From the NCBI GenBank assembly GCA_947303465.1, contig CAMYYI010000004.1, positions 7,903 through 71,902 of the forward strand: 64,000 nt of DNA, written 5' to 3'. This DNA is from an uncultured Bacteroidales bacterium. GTDB taxonomy: Bacteria > Bacteroidota > Bacteroidia > Bacteroidales > UBA932. Made by a program: the position numbers and the translations under genes. The notes under the pieces were generated by a model, which did no database searches, was not told the DNA's origin, and saw only the letters and a list, made by a program, of their open reading frames with translations. Of this stretch, positions 46,844 to 56,111 are shown in pieces (position 1 is the stretch's first letter; every line of letters begins with the position of its first letter).

Positions 46844-49800
46844 ATGAAAAAGAGTATCGTATTCCCGCTTGCGGCAATAGTGTTGCTGGCAAGCTGTGAG
46901 CGTGAGATTGCCGCTCCCGAAGTTGTCGTTAATCCCGACAGCGAAAGCTTCTCCCTTTGCGTCGGTATCCCTGAGACCAAGACCAGTTTCGGCGAACTCG
47001 ACGGTAACAAGCGTAAGGTTTACTGGTCCGATGGCGACCAGATTGCCGTCAGTGGCAGTGCATCCCAGGCACTTTCCGGAGTTGCAGCTAAGAGCACCGA
47101 GGCCGTTTTCGTCTTCGACAAGGCCTTGAGCGCCCCTTACGACGTCCTGTATCCTGCCGGAATATGGAAAGATGCATCTACTGTAACCCTGCCCGCCACC
47201 CAGACTTATGTGGTGGATGGCATAGCTGACGGATCCCTGCCTATGGCCGGATACAGCGCTGACGGCATTGCTGCCACGCTCCGCTACCTCTGCGCTATTG
47301 TGAATGTGCCGGTAAAGCAGTCTAACGGAAATGCCGACAAGGTTACTGCAGTTACGATTGCCAGTATCGGCAACGAATACATGTCCGGAGATTTCACCAT
47401 CGACTATCAGGAAGCTACGCTCAAGGGCCAGAGCGGAACCGCATCGGTTTCCATCCTCCCCGACGTAACCCTTTCCTCAACGCCGACCAACTTCTACGTT
47501 GTAGTTCCTGCGGCAACCTATGCTACCGGTATCAAGGTTATAGTCGCTTCCGAAAACAGCGGAGAGATGAGCAAGGCGCTGTCCAGGTCTGTCGCCCTGG
47601 AGGCCGGTCACATCTACAATCTTGATGCGATTGAATTCTCCCCCGAGGCCGGAGCCGAAGAAGTCAAGGTTGATATTTCGAGTGCAGAAGATCTCATTCA
47701 GCTCGCCACCGCATACAACAGCGGTACCTACAGCGACAAGGCACTCGTAGTCAACATGACCTCGGACGTTGCCTTCGATGCTACTTCTTCCGCAGCCTTC
47801 TCGGCCACCGGAGGAATAGGTTCGACCGACGACGGCAAGGGCAACTCCAACTATTTCCACGGCACATTCAACGGAAACAACAAGACCATCAAGGGCTATA
47901 CCGGCAGTGTACCTGTCTTTGCATACATCGGTTCCAGCGGTGTGGTTAAAGATTTCACGCTGGATTCAAGCTGCGCCTTTGCATTTGCGGGCGGATCCGG
48001 TTATTACGGCGCTGTCGCTGGCTATCACAGGGGAACGATCTCCAATGTGACGATGAACGGCAGCATTTCCCTGGCCCCGGCCGCCGCAGAGCAGAATACT
48101 TACGTCGGTGGTATTGCCGGCCGTGTCGTAATAGGCTCGATAAGTCTGTGTGCCTGTAACGGCGATATCATCCTGGGAAGCGATTACGGAGTTACCGACC
48201 AGGTTATCTATGTCGGCGGTATTGCCGGTGCAATCACAAATGCCTCCGGCAGCATCAGCCAGTGTACGTTCAACGGTATTATCGACAATCAGGCTACGAT
48301 AACCGAAACCACGCTCGATAAAGCCAACCCTTGCCTGTTCATAGGCGGTATCATCGGCAAGAACGCAGGAACCGTTTCCAAGTGTGCTGTCGAAAACCAC
48401 GCCACCGGAGTGACTGTAGTGCTTACAGATACCTCCGACCATCCGTACACCGGCACAATTGTCACTCATACGGCATCTGCTTACTTCTACGTTCTCGGCG
48501 GTATAGCCGGACAAAACGACGCTGTAATTGAGAATAATATCAACAATGCCAATATCGTCAATATCTTCTCGACCGATGCCGGGCGCGGAACTTCCGATTC
48601 CAACGGACGTTATTTCCATGTCGGCGGCATAGTCGGAACCAACACTGCAGAAGGAAGCGTAAGCTATTGTACGAATAACGCTACTATTGTTGACCGTGCA
48701 TTCCCCAAGATGCATTACGTTGGTGGTATTGTAGGACGCAATATGGGTTCCGTGGCAAGCTGTGACAATGCTTCTACCGCCACTATCGGAGTCGGAACCG
48801 CACATAAGAAACCTTACGGTGCCCGCATGCTTTATCTTGGCGGTGTCATTGGATATAACGCTGCCGGTTCCAGCGTGAGTAACGTACATAACGAGGCCGC
48901 TCTGAATATTTCCAGAATTGAGACCGCGACAGGTATTGCCGTGTGTATCGGTGGTGTGATCGGTAAGAGCGAAATTGCCATCGACGGCACTGCAGGAGGC
49001 GGAACCATCACCAACAGCGGCGCGATTGCCCAGTCCAGCGGTATCGGCAAGTGTGAAACTCCCACCGAGGAGAACGATTACGGTCTGTTCCTCGGAGGCA
49101 TCGTGGGTTATGCCATCGAGTCCGTCTGTAATGTCTCCAACTCCGGCGCCGTATCTTATACCTGTACCAACGCCGGTAGTGAAACTTCTGCCGGAGGTGC
49201 GCACTATGTACATGTCGGCGGTATTGCCGGAAAGGTTAAGGCCGCTTCCGCCGCGAATATTTCTGCTTGCCAGAATTCCGCCAACGTTTCATTCGTCGCC
49301 AGCGCTACCAACAAGAAGAGCTCTTACGTTGTATATGATCTGAACTATCTTGGCGGTGTTGTCGCTTATGCACAGAACGCAAGCTTCTCCAACTGCTCTA
49401 ACAGCGGAATCGTGAAGGGCGGAGACAATTCCCAGAACAAGAATACCGCCAATACCTTCTGGGTAGGTGGTATAGTCGGTTATCTTACCGGTGCATCATC
49501 CATAGAGGGTTGCGCCCTTGCAGGTGCCGGCCAGGCCAATAACGATCACTGGAGCAACAGGGACAACGGTATGGACGGTGAGATGTCCGGAGGTATCGCA
49601 GGTCAGGTAGTCGGCGAAGAGAACGTTTTGATCAACATATCCGACTGCTTGATAGAGAGCACGGCGACCGTGATCGGACGTCGCGGCAATATCGGAGGTA
49701 TCGTCGGCTCCGCCAAGTATGCGAACATTACATCATGCAAGGTTCCCATCGACTTCACCGGATCCGGTTTCTATTATGGCGGCATAGCAGGCTGGGCATA

Positions 49801-50107
49801 CAATTCTACCATCAGCAATTGTATTTACTCTGGCAATTCCATCAAGAGCTCACAGTTCTCAGATACCCGCGGAGCCGGTGGTATAGTTTCCCAGCTGAGG
49901 AGCGCTACTGTCATTGACGGTTGCTCCAGCTCCGTCAGCGAGATTACCAAGGATTCGGGCGCTGCAATCACTCCTTTCGGAGGTATTGCCGCCGTTTCCG
50001 AAGAGAATGGCCAGACTACCATCAAGAACTGCCACTACAAGTCTTCCATGCAGATTTGCTCCGACACCAACTTCACCGACGGTGGAGGCAATGCTGCCGA
50101 TCTGTAA
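46844..50107 (+). CDS. Surface lipoprotein 3: fimbrillin-like N-domain + GLUG/GGIVG repeat region
   Basis: Lipobox LLASC; ETKT..KVYWSDGDQI; ends FTDGGGNAADL. Confidence 0.8.
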   Translation: MKKSIVFPLAAIVLLASCEREIAAPEVVVNPDSESFSLCVGIPETKTSFGELDGNKRKVYWSDGDQIAVSGSASQALSGVAAKSTEAVFVFDKALSAPYDVLYPAGIWKDASTVTLPATQTYVVDGIADGSLPMAGYSADGIAATLRYLCAIVNVPVKQSNGNADKVTAVTIASIGNEYMSGDFTIDYQEATLKGQSGTASVSILPDVTLSSTPTNFYVVVPAATYATGIKVIVASENSGEMSKALSRSVALEAGHIYNLDAIEFSPEAGAEEVKVDISSAEDLIQLATAYNSGTYSDKALVVNMTSDVAFDATSSAAFSATGGIGSTDDGKGNSNYFHGTFNGNNKTIKGYTGSVPVFAYIGSSGVVKDFTLDSSCAFAFAGGSGYYGAVAGYHRGTISNVTMNGSISLAPAAAEQNTYVGGIAGRVVIGSISLCACNGDIILGSDYGVTDQVIYVGGIAGAITNASGSISQCTFNGIIDNQATITETTLDKANPCLFIGGIIGKNAGTVSKCAVENHATGVTVVLTDTSDHPYTGTIVTHTASAYFYVLGGIAGQNDAVIENNINNANIVNIFSTDAGRGTSDSNGRYFHVGGIVGTNTAEGSVSYCTNNATIVDRAFPKMHYVGGIVGRNMGSVASCDNASTATIGVGTAHKKPYGARMLYLGGVIGYNAAGSSVSNVHNEAALNISRIETATGIAVCIGGVIGKSEIAIDGTAGGGTITNSGAIAQSSGIGKCETPTEENDYGLFLGGIVGYAIESVCNVSNSGAVSYTCTNAGSETSAGGAHYVHVGGIAGKVKAASAANISACQNSANVSFVASATNKKSSYVVYDLNYLGGVVAYAQNASFSNCSNSGIVKGGDNSQNKNTANTFWVGGIVGYLTGASSIEGCALAGAGQANNDHWSNRDNGMDGEMSGGIAGQVVGEENVLINISDCLIESTATVIGRRGNIGGIVGSAKYANITSCKVPIDFTGSGFYYGGIAGWAYNSTISNCIYSGNSIKSSQFSDTRGAGGIVSQLRSATVIDGCSSSVSEITKDSGAAITPFGGIAAVSEENGQTTIKNCHYKSSMQICSDTNFTDGGGNAADL

Positions 50108-50119
50108 TAATCGCAAGCT

Positions 50120-52561
50120 ATGAAGAAAGCTTCTTTCATAGTCCCGCTTCTGCTCCTGCCGGCCATGCTGTGGCTGGCAGGATGCGGACAGCAGGGCCCT
50201 GAAGTCCCGTCCGAAGGCGTGACCGTCCTTAAGCTCTGTCTCCCGGACGCAACCAAAACCACTGTCAGCGAGTCGTTGAACGGTAAGCGAAAGGTCTATT
50301 GGGCCGATGGGGATGCAATCAGCCTGAACGGCGCAGAGTCCGATCCGCTGAAGAATATCGGTGAGAAGCAGAACAGCGCGAGTTTCACGGTCCAGGGGTC
50401 TTACCCCCTGCCGTACAATGTATTGTATCCGGCTTCCTATTATACCGACGAACAGACCGTTACTCTTCCCGCGAAGCAGGATTATTCGTCCGGAACGGTA
50501 ATAGTGCCTATGGCATGCCGCGTTACTTCGGAAGCAGATGCGGAACTCAAACACCTGTGCACACTGCTGCGCCTTGCCGTGGTGGGTACCGGCAAACTGG
50601 CATCCGTCACTTTCAGGGGCAATGCAGGAGAGCAGGTCTGCGGTGACTTTGGCATTGACTATCAGACAGGTAAGCTGAGTCCTTTGTCAACCGATTCCGA
50701 CAATCTGACCGTGGGTATAAACGTTCAGCAGGACATGTCGCAGCAGACGCCTCTGGAGCTTTTCCTGGCTTTCCCTGCCGGGAACTATGCCTCCGGTTTC
50801 ACCGTTACCCTGACGGCGGCTGACGGCAAGGCCATGCGGCTCAAGCACGGCTCAAGCATCAACTGCGTCGCCGGACATATCTTCGTCCCTTCGGTCGTTA
50901 CATTCTCCAACACCGACGCTTCGTTCTCCTTCGAACTAGGAGAGTTGCAGGAGGACAAACTGGTCATGGATAATTACAACGTAACGGGAAAGGTTGTGGA
51001 CTCAGTCGGCAATCCCCTGGAAGGCGTTGTGGTAACCGACGGTGACATATGTGTCAAAACCGGCGCTGACGGTTCGTTCTACATGCTGAGCGAGCTGGAG
51101 GCTTCCGACTTTATCTATATCAGCAGCCCGGCAGGCTACATGCCGGAAGTTAAGGGCGGTATCCCCGTGTTCTATAAGAAGATATCGTCTCTCGACAAAT
51201 CCAACGGCGTGCTGCAGTGCGGCGATTTTGTTCTTACCCCTGTATCCAATCCGGACAACTGCACGCTGTTCTTTACCGCTGACCCCCAGCCGAGAGACAA
51301 GAAGTGGAGCATGGACAATATCGCATACCGTTCACTTGCCTGCTGCAGCGACCTTTACAAGGAGCTCAAAGAGACAGCGGCCGGTATTTCGGGGCGCCAG
51401 GTTTACGGAGTCTGTCTCGGTGACATTGTGCACGAAGACATGAATCTGTATGCCAATTATGCAGAAGGACTCTCGACGCTCGGGTATCCCACATACAACG
51501 TAATAGGCAACCACGACAACAACTACGACGCTTCTTCCGACGAAGCGGCGGGTGCTGTCTTTGAATCTTATTTCGGTCCCCGCAACTACTCCTTCAACAT
51601 AGGCAAGATGCACTTCGTAATACTGGACAACCTGATTCAGGGAGGCGTTAACGGAACGAAAACCATGGACCAGTACGACCAGGGTCTGACGGACGGCATC
51701 TGGGAATGGCTGCAAAACGATATGGCAATGGTGCCCACGACAACAAAGATCATGGTGTGCGCCCATTCCCCCATGTTCAAGCAGCAAAGCGGCAGCGAAC
51801 GTACCAATACCGCTAACCACGGCGGTCATACGGACCCTTCCGGAGAGTACGGTTACGGCGATTTGTTCGACAAGTATGGCGAGGTCCATGCCTGGGCCGG
51901 TCATACACATGCAACGTTCAATTACGTCTATCCTACAACCCATCGTCACAAGAACGTCCAGGTGCATACCCTGTCACGCTCTACCGGTGAACTCTGGACC
52001 AACGAGTACCTTTCCGGCGGTACGCCGCGAGGCTTTACCATCGTGGAGATAAGGAACGGCGTCATAGAGTCCTGGCGTTTCCACCCTACAAAGTATCAGA
52101 CGGGAGCGTTCCATGGCGCCACCCAGCCGACGTTCAATTTCAGGGACTGGGATTACGATTCCAACGGCGTGGCCAAGATGAGATCCAACGGCAAGACGCT
52201 GGATGAGTCTTACCAGATGCATGTATTTCCTCCGGGATCCTACAAGGGCGAAGAAGGTTACCTGTATGTGAACGTGTTCCTCTGGGACACCAAATGGGAT
52301 ACGCCTGTATTTACCTCCGGAGGCTCCAGCAAGGAAATGACTCTGGTTACTTCCGAGGACAGGTATGATTGTGCAGAGATAGAGATGAGCTCGTTCTATA
52401 AGGCAAATGCTTCCGTACTCAAGAATTACAGCGGCTATCCCGCCATTACGACAGGCTACCCCCACACGCTCTTCCGCGTGCCGGCTTCGGCCAGCGGTTC
52501 GGGTACCGTAGCGGTGGTGGACCGTTTCGGAAACGAGTATCGTCAAACCGTTACATGGTAA
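50120..52561 (+). CDS. Lipoprotein: fimbrillin-like N-domain + calcineurin-like metallophosphoesterase (paralog of 31701)
   Basis: ATKT..KVYWADGD; ADPQ, LGDIVH, IGNHD, CAHSPMFKQQSGSERTNTA, AGHTH. Confidence 0.85.
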   Translation: MKKASFIVPLLLLPAMLWLAGCGQQGPEVPSEGVTVLKLCLPDATKTTVSESLNGKRKVYWADGDAISLNGAESDPLKNIGEKQNSASFTVQGSYPLPYNVLYPASYYTDEQTVTLPAKQDYSSGTVIVPMACRVTSEADAELKHLCTLLRLAVVGTGKLASVTFRGNAGEQVCGDFGIDYQTGKLSPLSTDSDNLTVGINVQQDMSQQTPLELFLAFPAGNYASGFTVTLTAADGKAMRLKHGSSINCVAGHIFVPSVVTFSNTDASFSFELGELQEDKLVMDNYNVTGKVVDSVGNPLEGVVVTDGDICVKTGADGSFYMLSELEASDFIYISSPAGYMPEVKGGIPVFYKKISSLDKSNGVLQCGDFVLTPVSNPDNCTLFFTADPQPRDKKWSMDNIAYRSLACCSDLYKELKETAAGISGRQVYGVCLGDIVHEDMNLYANYAEGLSTLGYPTYNVIGNHDNNYDASSDEAAGAVFESYFGPRNYSFNIGKMHFVILDNLIQGGVNGTKTMDQYDQGLTDGIWEWLQNDMAMVPTTTKIMVCAHSPMFKQQSGSERTNTANHGGHTDPSGEYGYGDLFDKYGEVHAWAGHTHATFNYVYPTTHRHKNVQVHTLSRSTGELWTNEYLSGGTPRGFTIVEIRNGVIESWRFHPTKYQTGAFHGATQPTFNFRDWDYDSNGVAKMRSNGKTLDESYQMHVFPPGSYKGEEGYLYVNVFLWDTKWDTPVFTSGGSSKEMTLVTSEDRYDCAEIEMSSFYKANASVLKNYSGYPAITTGYPHTLFRVPASASGSGTVAVVDRFGNEYRQTVTW

Positions 52562-52562
52562 A

Positions 52563-53399
52563 ATGAAAAAAGTAGTACTGATAATTGCGGCCTTAGTGTC
52601 CGTATGCTTTTCCTTCCAGGCCTGCAAGCAGCAGGACAGCCTGAAGGTAATGTCCTACAATATCCGTAATGCAAAGGCGCAGGACGGCGAGAACGCCTGG
52701 GACCTGCGCAAAGATGCCACCACGGCCATGCTGAACAGCATAAAGCCGGACGTGTTCGGAATTCAGGAAGCTTATCCCGTACAGGAGAACTTCATTCTGG
52801 AGAACAATCCCGAGTACAAGGGCTTCGGCGTTGGCCGCGACGACGGTAAGGACGCAGGCGAGAGGATGTCCGTATTCTATCGCACCGATGTGCTGGAACT
52901 GCTGGACGGCGGCACCTGGTGGCTGTCGGAGACTCCCTATGAGCCTTCGTTCGGCTGGGATGCCAAATGCCGCAGGACGGCCACATGGGCCCGGCTCAAG
53001 CATAAGGCTACAGGCAAGGAGTTCTTCTTCGTGAACACTCACCTCGACCATGTTGGCGTGGAGGCTCGTCGCAACGGCCTTGCGCTGGTGGTGGAGCTGG
53101 TGGGCGAGATGTGCCCCGGCGCAGCCCTGATACTCACCGGTGACTTCAATGTGGAGCCCGGTGACGAATGCCTGAACAGCCTGGAGAGCCTGGAAATGCT
53201 GGATGCCCGCACCAATGCTGCGGTATCGGACGATAAGCCTTCTTTCAACGGCTTCGGGCTGATGGACGGCAAGGTGATAGACTATATCTACTATCGCGGT
53301 TTCTCAGGAGTTGATAATTTCCGCGTAGTGGACGAGAGCTTTGCCGGCAAGCCTTACATTTCCGACCATTATCCCATTGTTGCTACCATCAAGTTTTAG
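52563..53399 (+). CDS. Endonuclease/exonuclease/phosphatase (EEP) family lipoprotein
   Basis: MSYNIR, GIQEA, NTHLDH, TGDFN, IDYIY, SDHYP. Confidence 0.9.
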   Translation: MKKVVLIIAALVSVCFSFQACKQQDSLKVMSYNIRNAKAQDGENAWDLRKDATTAMLNSIKPDVFGIQEAYPVQENFILENNPEYKGFGVGRDDGKDAGERMSVFYRTDVLELLDGGTWWLSETPYEPSFGWDAKCRRTATWARLKHKATGKEFFFVNTHLDHVGVEARRNGLALVVELVGEMCPGAALILTGDFNVEPGDECLNSLESLEMLDARTNAAVSDDKPSFNGFGLMDGKVIDYIYYRGFSGVDNFRVVDESFAGKPYISDHYPIVATIKF

Positions 53400-53402
53400 G
53401 TA

Positions 53403-54785
53403 ATGAGCGTTTTAGATTATTTCAAGGTCAGCGCGCCGTCTGAGCGCAAGGTTCCCGCAGAGGCGGTGGACAAGACATACAAGAAACTGCGTTTCAACTG
53501 TTTTGTGGCGGTAACGCTGGCCTATTCGTTCTATTATGTTTGCCGTACCACGCTTAACGTGGTCAAGAAGCCTATCATCGACGCCGGGCTGCTGGATGCA
53601 AAGCAGCTCGGTATCGTGGGCTCCTGCCTGCTGTTCGCTTACGGATTCGGCAAGTTTATCAACGGCCTGCTTGTAGACCATTCCAACACCAAGCGCTTCA
53701 TGGCCTTGGGCCTGCTGATATCTACGGTTGCCAACTTCATCATGGGTATCCTGGGCTTTGCCGCCACTACTGCCGGCATATCCTCCATGGTGTTCTTCGG
53801 CTTCTTCGCCGTTCTGTGGGCCATCAACGGCTATGCGCAGAGTATAGGTGCGCCGTCGTCGATAGTAACCCTTACGCGCTGGTATCCCATGAAGATAAGA
53901 GGCACCTATTACGGTTTCTTCAGCGCCAGCCACAACTTCGGCGAGTGGATGTCCTTCCTGCTGGTCGGCCTCATCGTGGCCCATTTCGGCTGGCAGTGGG
54001 GCTTCTTCGGAGCAACCATCGCAGGTGTTTTCGGCCTGATCCTTATCCTTCTCATGCTTCATGATACGCCGGAGAGCAAGGGTCTCCCGAGTGTCGAGGA
54101 ACTTGCCGGAGAGGAGCCTGCGGCTGCTGCAGCTACGGATCATGCAGAGACGGCGCGTATCCAGAAAGCCGTGTTCCGCAACCCCGGTGTGTGGATTTTG
54201 GCCGCGGCTGCCGCTTTCATGTACGTGAGCCGTTATGCAGTGAACAGCTGGGGCGTCATATTCCTGCAGGAGCATAAGGGCTTCAAGCTGGCGGACGCTA
54301 CGTTCATCGTCTCCATCAACGCCATTTTCGGAATCATCGGAACGGTGTTCTCCGGATGGCTCACGGACAAGATGTTCAACAGCGACCGCAAGATGCCCGC
54401 CTTCGTGGCAGGTATACTTGAGGTGATAGCCCTCGTGCTTTTCCTCTTCGGCGGCAACAGCTGGTTCATGAATATCACCGCCATGGTGCTCTTCGGTATT
54501 GCCATAGGCGTGTTGATCAGCTTCCTCGGCGGCCTCATGGCCATCGACCTGGTGCCCCGCAAGGCTACCGGAGCCGCCCTCGGCATAGTGGGCATGGCCG
54601 GCTACCTGGGGGCCGGTATCCAGGATATAGTGAGCGGTGTGCTCATCGAGGGACACAGCGTGATGGACGAGGCGGGCAACAGGGTGTACGATTTCACTCC
54701 TGCGTCCTGGTTCTGGATTGCTGCGGCGACACTCTCATTCCTGCTTCCCATCCTTAACTGGAAGCGCAAGCAGCAACAGATTTGA
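53403..54785 (+). CDS. MFS organophosphate:Pi antiporter (GlpT/UhpT/PgtP family)
   Basis: YYVCR, YGFGKF, RWY..RG...[14 protein letters not shown]. Confidence 0.85.
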   Translation: MSVLDYFKVSAPSERKVPAEAVDKTYKKLRFNCFVAVTLAYSFYYVCRTTLNVVKKPIIDAGLLDAKQLGIVGSCLLFAYGFGKFINGLLVDHSNTKRFMALGLLISTVANFIMGILGFAATTAGISSMVFFGFFAVLWAINGYAQSIGAPSSIVTLTRWYPMKIRGTYYGFFSASHNFGEWMSFLLVGLIVAHFGWQWGFFGATIAGVFGLILILLMLHDTPESKGLPSVEELAGEEPAAAAATDHAETARIQKAVFRNPGVWILAAAAAFMYVSRYAVNSWGVIFLQEHKGFKLADATFIVSINAIFGIIGTVFSGWLTDKMFNSDRKMPAFVAGILEVIALVLFLFGGNSWFMNITAMVLFGIAIGVLISFLGGLMAIDLVPRKATGAALGIVGMAGYLGAGIQDIVSGVLIEGHSVMDEAGNRVYDFTPASWFWIAAATLSFLLPILNWKRKQQQI

Positions 54786-54787
54786 TT

Positions 54788-55540
54788 ATGAGTGACGTTC
54801 TGCTCGAAATAAAAGATTTGCACGCCGGAATAGAGGGGCGCGAGATACTTCAGGGGGTTGATTTGTGTATCCGCCGGGGAGAGGTACACGCTATCATGGG
54901 GCCCAACGGCGCCGGCAAATCTACGCTGAGTGCGGTGCTGGCGGGACGTCCGGATTACAAGGTGAGTTCGGGCACGGTCGTTTATGACGGCCGTGACCTG
55001 CTCGCCATGGCTCCGGAAGAACGCTCCTGGGCGGGTATTTTCCTAAGTTTCCAATATCCGGTGGAGATTCCGGGGGTGAGCATTACCAATTTCATGAAAG
55101 CCGCGCTCAATGCCCGTCGCAAGGCGGCAGGGGAGCCCGAGCTCAAGCCTGCGGAGTTCCTGAAACTGCTGAAGGAGAAGATGGCCTTCGTGCAGATGAA
55201 GGGCGAGTTCGCCAAGCGCGAGGTCAACGTAGGTTTTTCCGGGGGCGAGAAGAAACGCAACGAGATATTCCAGATGGCCATGCTTGAGCCCGTCCTGAGC
55301 ATTCTGGACGAGACGGACAGCGGCTTGGACGTGGATGCCCTGCGCATAGTTGCGGACGGCGTAAACCGACTGCGTTCGCCCCAGACTTCCGCAATTGTCA
55401 TCACCCACTACCAGCGTCTTCTGGAGTACATAGTGCCGGATGTGGTGCATGTGCTCAAGAACGGCCGAATAGTGGCTACGGGCGGCGCGGAGCTGGTTCA
55501 GCAGATAGAAACAGAAGGCTACGACAGCATAAGTGGATAG
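54788..55540 (+). CDS. sufC: Fe-S cluster assembly ATPase SufC
   Basis: [57 protein letters not shown]. Confidence 0.95.
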   Translation: MSDVLLEIKDLHAGIEGREILQGVDLCIRRGEVHAIMGPNGAGKSTLSAVLAGRPDYKVSSGTVVYDGRDLLAMAPEERSWAGIFLSFQYPVEIPGVSITNFMKAALNARRKAAGEPELKPAEFLKLLKEKMAFVQMKGEFAKREVNVGFSGGEKKRNEIFQMAMLEPVLSILDETDSGLDVDALRIVADGVNRLRSPQTSAIVITHYQRLLEYIVPDVVHVLKNGRIVATGGAELVQQIETEGYDSISG

Positions 55541-56111
55541 CGTATATGTCATAGGTCGTGACGCTGTGCCGTCGCTGTTGCGTCTGGGCGCAGGAGAAGC
55601 CCTCCGCATGACGCTTGTGGTGCCGGAAGGCGAGAGCTGCAAGTTGTCGCTGGAGGTCGATCTGGACGGCCCCGGGGCGTCGCTGGACCTTGCGGGAGCA
55701 TCCCTCAGCAGCGGCAGCGAGCAGGTCGATATAAATGTGGTCGTGCGTCATAACGTGCCCGGATGCCGCTCGGAGCAGCTTTTCAAAAGCGTGGCAGGAG
55801 GGAGTTCGCGGGTGGCGTTCGACGGACTGGTCTATGTAGCCCGCGACGCAGTGCGCACTGTTGCTCATCAGCAGAACCATTCGCTGCTGCTCTCAGAGAG
55901 CGCCGTAGCCGAATCCCGTCCGCAACTGGAGATATATGCCGACGACGTAGAGTGCTCGCACGGAGCCACCACCGGATACCTGAATCCGGAGGAACTGTTC
56001 TATATGCGTTCTCGCGGGATACCTGAGGAGGTCGCGCGTCAAATGCAGATCGAGGCGTTTCTCGCGCCTGTAATGCAGCGTGCCGGTTTTGAAAATCAAG
56101 ATACCTTATGA
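55533..56111 (+). CDS. sufD: SufD (short form)
   Basis: [38 protein letters not shown]. Confidence 0.85.
   Translation: MDSVYVIGRDAVPSLLRLGAGEALRMTLVVPEGESCKLSLEVDLDGPGASLDLAGASLSSGSEQVDINVVVRHNVPGCRSEQLFKSVAGGSSRVAFDGLVYVARDAVRTVAHQQNHSLLLSESAVAESRPQLEIYADDVECSHGATTGYLNPEELFYMRSRGIPEEVARQMQIEAFLAPVMQRAGFENQDTL

Noticed and set aside
20640..50107. Shared adhesin 3' ends as DGR variable/template repeats
   Set aside because: No reverse transcriptase; differences are not adenine-specific and every copy is a coding gene end
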